DNA of 64,000 nt from the NCBI GenBank assembly GCA_041615815.1, contig JBFJCP010000004.1, forward strand, positions 106,140-170,139, in the 5' to 3' direction. Below are positions 59,901 to 64,000 of this stretch, piece by piece. Under the pieces are notes generated by a model. The model was not told where the DNA came from. It saw only the letters and a list, made by a program, of their open reading frames with translations, and searched no databases. Both the position numbers and the translations under genes were made by a program. Numbering within the stretch: the stretch's first letter is position 1; every line of letters begins with the position of its first letter. Source of the stretch: Gemmatimonadales bacterium. Lineage in GTDB: Bacteria; Gemmatimonadota; Gemmatimonadetes; Gemmatimonadales; GWC2-71-9.

Positions 59901-60906
59901 GCCGGGCCTGGTGGTCACGATGGCTCGAGCGCTCGATCAAGACGAGGTATTCCGGCGCCCTCGTGAGGGATCGGAACCGCAGCGTTGGATAGCCGCGCGC
60001 ATCGATGGTTGCCGAGATCGTCTCTTCGACGGCCAGGACCCTGGCCTCGCCGGTTTCACGTCGCTGAAGCTGGCGCGCCGGTTCCTTCAAGGCACCCGGT
60101 GCAAACGGTGAGGGCTCGGGAACGGCCGCCACCGGCCGTGTCAGGGGCGGTCGGCGGCTTCGGTGGCGTTGGACGGCCAGCTTCCGACGGCGCCAGGCTC
60201 TCCACTCCACCATGAGGAAGAGCAGGAGCGGGACGGCGAGCGCGAGCCATCCCAGCAGTTCGCGGACTGGCATCGCCGGTGGCCCCAATTCTCGTGAGAC
60301 GTCCGGCGGTGAAGGAGTGGTGGGGGTCTCCTGCGGCGGTGCGATGGGTGGTGCCTGATCTAACGGTGGTGGGATGGTGGTCTCCTGTTCAACGGGGACC
60401 GGTCGTTCGCCCGACTGAGCTTCGGCGGTGGACGCGCGATCGTCCGCCATCGGTTCGTCTACCCGCTCGATCGAGGGGCTCAAGAAGACAAAGAGCGCGA
60501 CGGTCCCGACGAGGCTGATCGCGGCCGCGGCGACGCGTACGCCCGGCCTGCGCCACCACCGCGGCGGACGTCTCGGTTCGACTACTTCGTCGTCGAAGGT
60601 TCTCGCCATTCCAGACGGCTCGGTCGAGCGAGTCTCCATCAGGGCCGGCTCGGCCTCTCCGAAGATCGGATACAGCTCGTCGAAGATCTCGTAGAACCGT
60701 TCCTGCTGTTGTCGGGTGTGCGCGAGCGCGGGTGCGATCAGCGTCTTGACTCGGGCTGGCCTGTACGCATGAGCCAGGGCATCCAGGAGCTGGTGAAGGC
60801 GTACGTAGTCCTCCGGTCCCACGGTGAACCCGCGTTCGCGCAGCGTCTCGAGGAGCCGGCCAAAAAACAGCGCCGGCGCAGCGGGGGCTAGCGCGGGTTC
60901 GTTCAC
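56923..60906 (-). CDS. MoxR-associated vWA-like membrane protein with C-terminal TonB-C-like and Ig-like (Big_2-like) domains
   Basis: N-terminal 'L...GF.VG.EDY...QQERFYEIF'; 2 TM; 'V..TI.ATI...G', 'EYLVLIERSS..DHQARLF', 'RLLVF..G'; 'WLCACALYPELHWDLT'; third TM; 'VAIQVNETG.....A..RA....Y.PA..DG.PV..W'; repeated 'W.S..P.IA.V...G......G'. Confidence 0.75.
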   Translation of the reverse strand: MNEPALAPAAPALFFGRLLETLRERGFTVGPEDYVRLHQLLDALAHAYRPARVKTLIAPALAHTRQQQERFYEIFDELYPIFGEAEPALMETRSTEPSGMARTFDDEVVEPRRPPRWWRRPGVRVAAAAISLVGTVALFVFLSPSIERVDEPMADDRASTAEAQSGERPVPVEQETTIPPPLDQAPPIAPPQETPTTPSPPDVSRELGPPAMPVRELLGWLALAVPLLLFLMVEWRAWRRRKLAVQRHRSRRPPLTRPVAAVPEPSPFAPGALKEPARQLQRRETGEARVLAVEETISATIDARGYPTLRFRSLTRAPEYLVLIERSSHRDHQARLFNELAWALRQEDLPVVRFYFENDPRIVTDEYSQRWRLSDLQSRYHTSRLLVFAQGNGFLHPVTGAPHPWVTRMHTWEKRAVLTAEPPATWGAREISLARHFVVLPATGDGLSALVDSFEPDAETDLAYWKRFDIASPQPSLLVQEAVEDLRRHLGSEAFTWLCACALYPELHWDLTLRIGRHPAIGTGVLSEENLLKLVRLPWFRRGAIPDDVRVALMRQLDEETEIAVRSEIIEILERNLAPDISLAGAQQRLDVAVQKMFAHRKHRAKRRAARRELQQFPIEAITRDRAVMRLLEEGRRSPVAFFLPAVLRARVYRGGVPLLGMHTTARAGTAAAAAIAGLVIVRPPVMPTDPADPPTGLIAEDAPESTCATFGDAYNLRGECFDTPPRPLQPTMVAVPDSVVMPSPAVVAIQVNETGSPSDVFLTDPSDDSSYNARAIARARAITYAPATLDGDPVSAWIEEAFFPEPQLAASVVDGGGTAAGVDREGRTFPARRIVLSTSLLQMSAADRWPVRALVGTGSELPADSVQWRSLQPTIATVDSAGFLVAHRAGEATLEATAAGSVTARLLVRVRAVPVAPAVASVALAVGKTRATPMTDRGVVLRGPRRDVLARQMTWRSQAPSIAQVSAAGEITGVSLGKTVVTVGTGGGARRIAVTVHARPAMAYGDPNPLTTVTIPVAGKKIFVGGLATANREAIPEAEIHWRMLDTTIARFDPTTRTVIGLRPGRTRLQFADNEEILGAFWDLEVVAARPEFVSNILRLELGDTLLAPVAGAATGTALDTGPEFELRSLEAATLAVGPGGKSFIAKGYGTALGLLLHDGQVLDTLQIYVRPHGPYLFEGELRYGAANLAPGVVGSQPNPALTGAVNFEDLDNGIRISLDPGGPDSGARCEEHVGFEVLSLQRTRIRLDCTGSRPGSGRFTYTLVIDQRQMLLQVRGQVRVDQRRIVSICVRRDRWGICVEEQSGIRDVSSIQPVSANLQLRRLLP

Positions 60907-61873
60907 GAGATCTCGCGCTTCAAGAGCGAGAGGTCCTCGCGTGATTTGGCGAGAATACTATAGGTTAGCGCGATCGCCTCGCGCTCACCGGCACGGGGGT
61001 CCTTCACGTCGATGTTCCGGTCGCGCAGAATGCTCAGCCATCCAAGCAGCTCCGCCGTGGCCGGGGGCTTGCGGAGGTTCAACTTCCGGATTTCTTCGAA
61101 ATGCTCGATAGCGTGCTCGATTTTCTCGGGGGTGAAGGCCCCGTTGGTCGGCAGGCGTCGATGGACGATCTGGCGCAAACGCTCGCGGTCAGGAAATGGG
61201 ATGTGGTAGAAGACGCAACGCCGCAGGAACGCGTCCGGTAGGTTCTTCTCCGAGTTACTCGTGATGACGACGATAGGCCGGTACATATCCTCGGCGGCGA
61301 AACGTCGGCCAGTCTCTTTCACGGTGAACGCCATCTCCTCCAGCTCGTTCAGCATGTCGTTGGGTACGTCGCGCGGGGCCTTGTCCACTTCGTCGACCAG
61401 CACCACCGAACGAGTGGGCCCCTGTCCCTTTCGGTCCTCCGGGAGGAACGGATCGGCCTCGGTGGACTGCATCCCGAGCAGAATGGCGAGCCCTAAGGCG
61501 CCGTACTCGATGTATCCGTCCGCGGTCGCCGTGGCAGACTTGAACTGCGCGTCGTGAAAGTGCCGAAGGGAGTCGTAGGTGTAAAACAGGTCCCGCACGG
61601 TGGTGGTGCTCTTGGTGTGAAAGCCGAGTGGTGCGGGTAGTTGAAGTTCGTGTGCAACGCTGCTGGCGAGTTGTGTCTTTCCGGTCCCCGGCTCACCAGT
61701 CACCAGCAGGGGTTGTCCCAAGGTCAGTGCCACGTTGACCGCATCCACGAGACCGAGATCGGCGAGGTAACCAGCCGGATCCGTGAGGGGGAAGCGATCG
61801 ATGCGTTGGGGCCAGTTCGCTCCGCGTCTGGAGGCGGTGGAGCCGTCTCCGGCGTACAACGGCTTCGGTACAT

Positions 61874-61877
<4 letters not shown>
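60903..61877 (-). CDS. MoxR-family AAA+ ATPase
   Basis: 'AVNVAL.LGQPLLVTGEPGTGKT', 'VVLVDEVDKAPRD.PND.L.EL', 'PIVVITSNSEKNLPDAFLRRCVFYHIPFP', 'KPPATAELL.W'. Confidence 0.95.
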
Positions 61878-63610
<1,733 letters not shown>

Positions 63611-63781
63611 GCTACTTGCGTTGTGCGGCTGTTTCTTCCGGCAACGTAACGATCTGAATCAGGCTTGGCCAGATCGTTGAGCCCGCGCGCGAGAGTGAGA
63701 GAGATGGATGTTGAATCGACTCTTTTTCTCGCCAATGATTCCCAGCCCCTAGTCCCAACCCCTCATGGGGGTGCCGGGCCC

Positions 63782-64000
63782 TCACTCGACCCCCTGCAGC
63801 TTGAACACACCAGCGGCCAAGGCGCCTCCGAGAAGGGGCCCCACCAGATAGAGCCACAAGTCGGCGAACGAGCCATCGCCGAGCAGCGCGTGGATGAGGA
63901 TGGGTCCAGTGCCGACGGCCGGGTTGAAGACGCCTCCCGAAACCGGTCCACCGGCGATCATGGCGGCCGCGATGGTGAATCCGATTGCCAATCCGTAATA
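63782..64000 (-). CDS. Aquaporin / MIP channel (C-terminal part; 5' end outside window)
   Basis: 'AIGFTI......GPVSGGVFNPAV', 'WLYLVGPLLGGALA'. Confidence 0.92.
   Translation of the reverse strand, partial: YYGLAIGFTIAAAMIAGGPVSGGVFNPAVGTGPILIHALLGDGSFADLWLYLVGPLLGGALAAGVFKLQGVE

Overview
High-GC, gene-dense bacterial chromosome segment with about 54 CDS. I found no rRNA, tRNA, CRISPR array, transposase or integrase. The gene content suggests Gemmatimonadota (inference): 'ELGRGGMATVYLA'-type Hanks kinases, kinase-TolB_N-TPR fusions, a duplicated orphan ABC permease, DUF5916 and several M28/M1 peptidases. Most of the window is secreted peptidases, transporters and signalling genes. The standout is a translationally coupled three-gene operon at 56923-63610 (-): Ser/Thr kinase fused to an inactive-STAND-like domain, a MoxR AAA+ ATPase, and a membrane vWA-like protein with extracytoplasmic TonB-C-like and Ig-like domains. 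It looks like a MoxR-vWA-iSTAND ternary conflict system with an unusual kinase input and receptor-like tail. Other notable items: (1) a sigma54 two-component locus whose receiver domain is duplicated onto a Ser/Thr kinase, with matching UAS, IHF and -24/-12 elements; (2) a conserved structured 5' leader shared by two cold-shock genes; (3) a leaderless XRE repressor with an operator in its promoter spacer, upstream of an uncharacterised protein; (4) an R2lox-ABM-DinB-aconitase X operon; (5) a B12 radical SAM enzyme with a STAS-like tail; (6) dispersed heptamer repeats. All family assignments come from motif recognition by eye; no searches were run.
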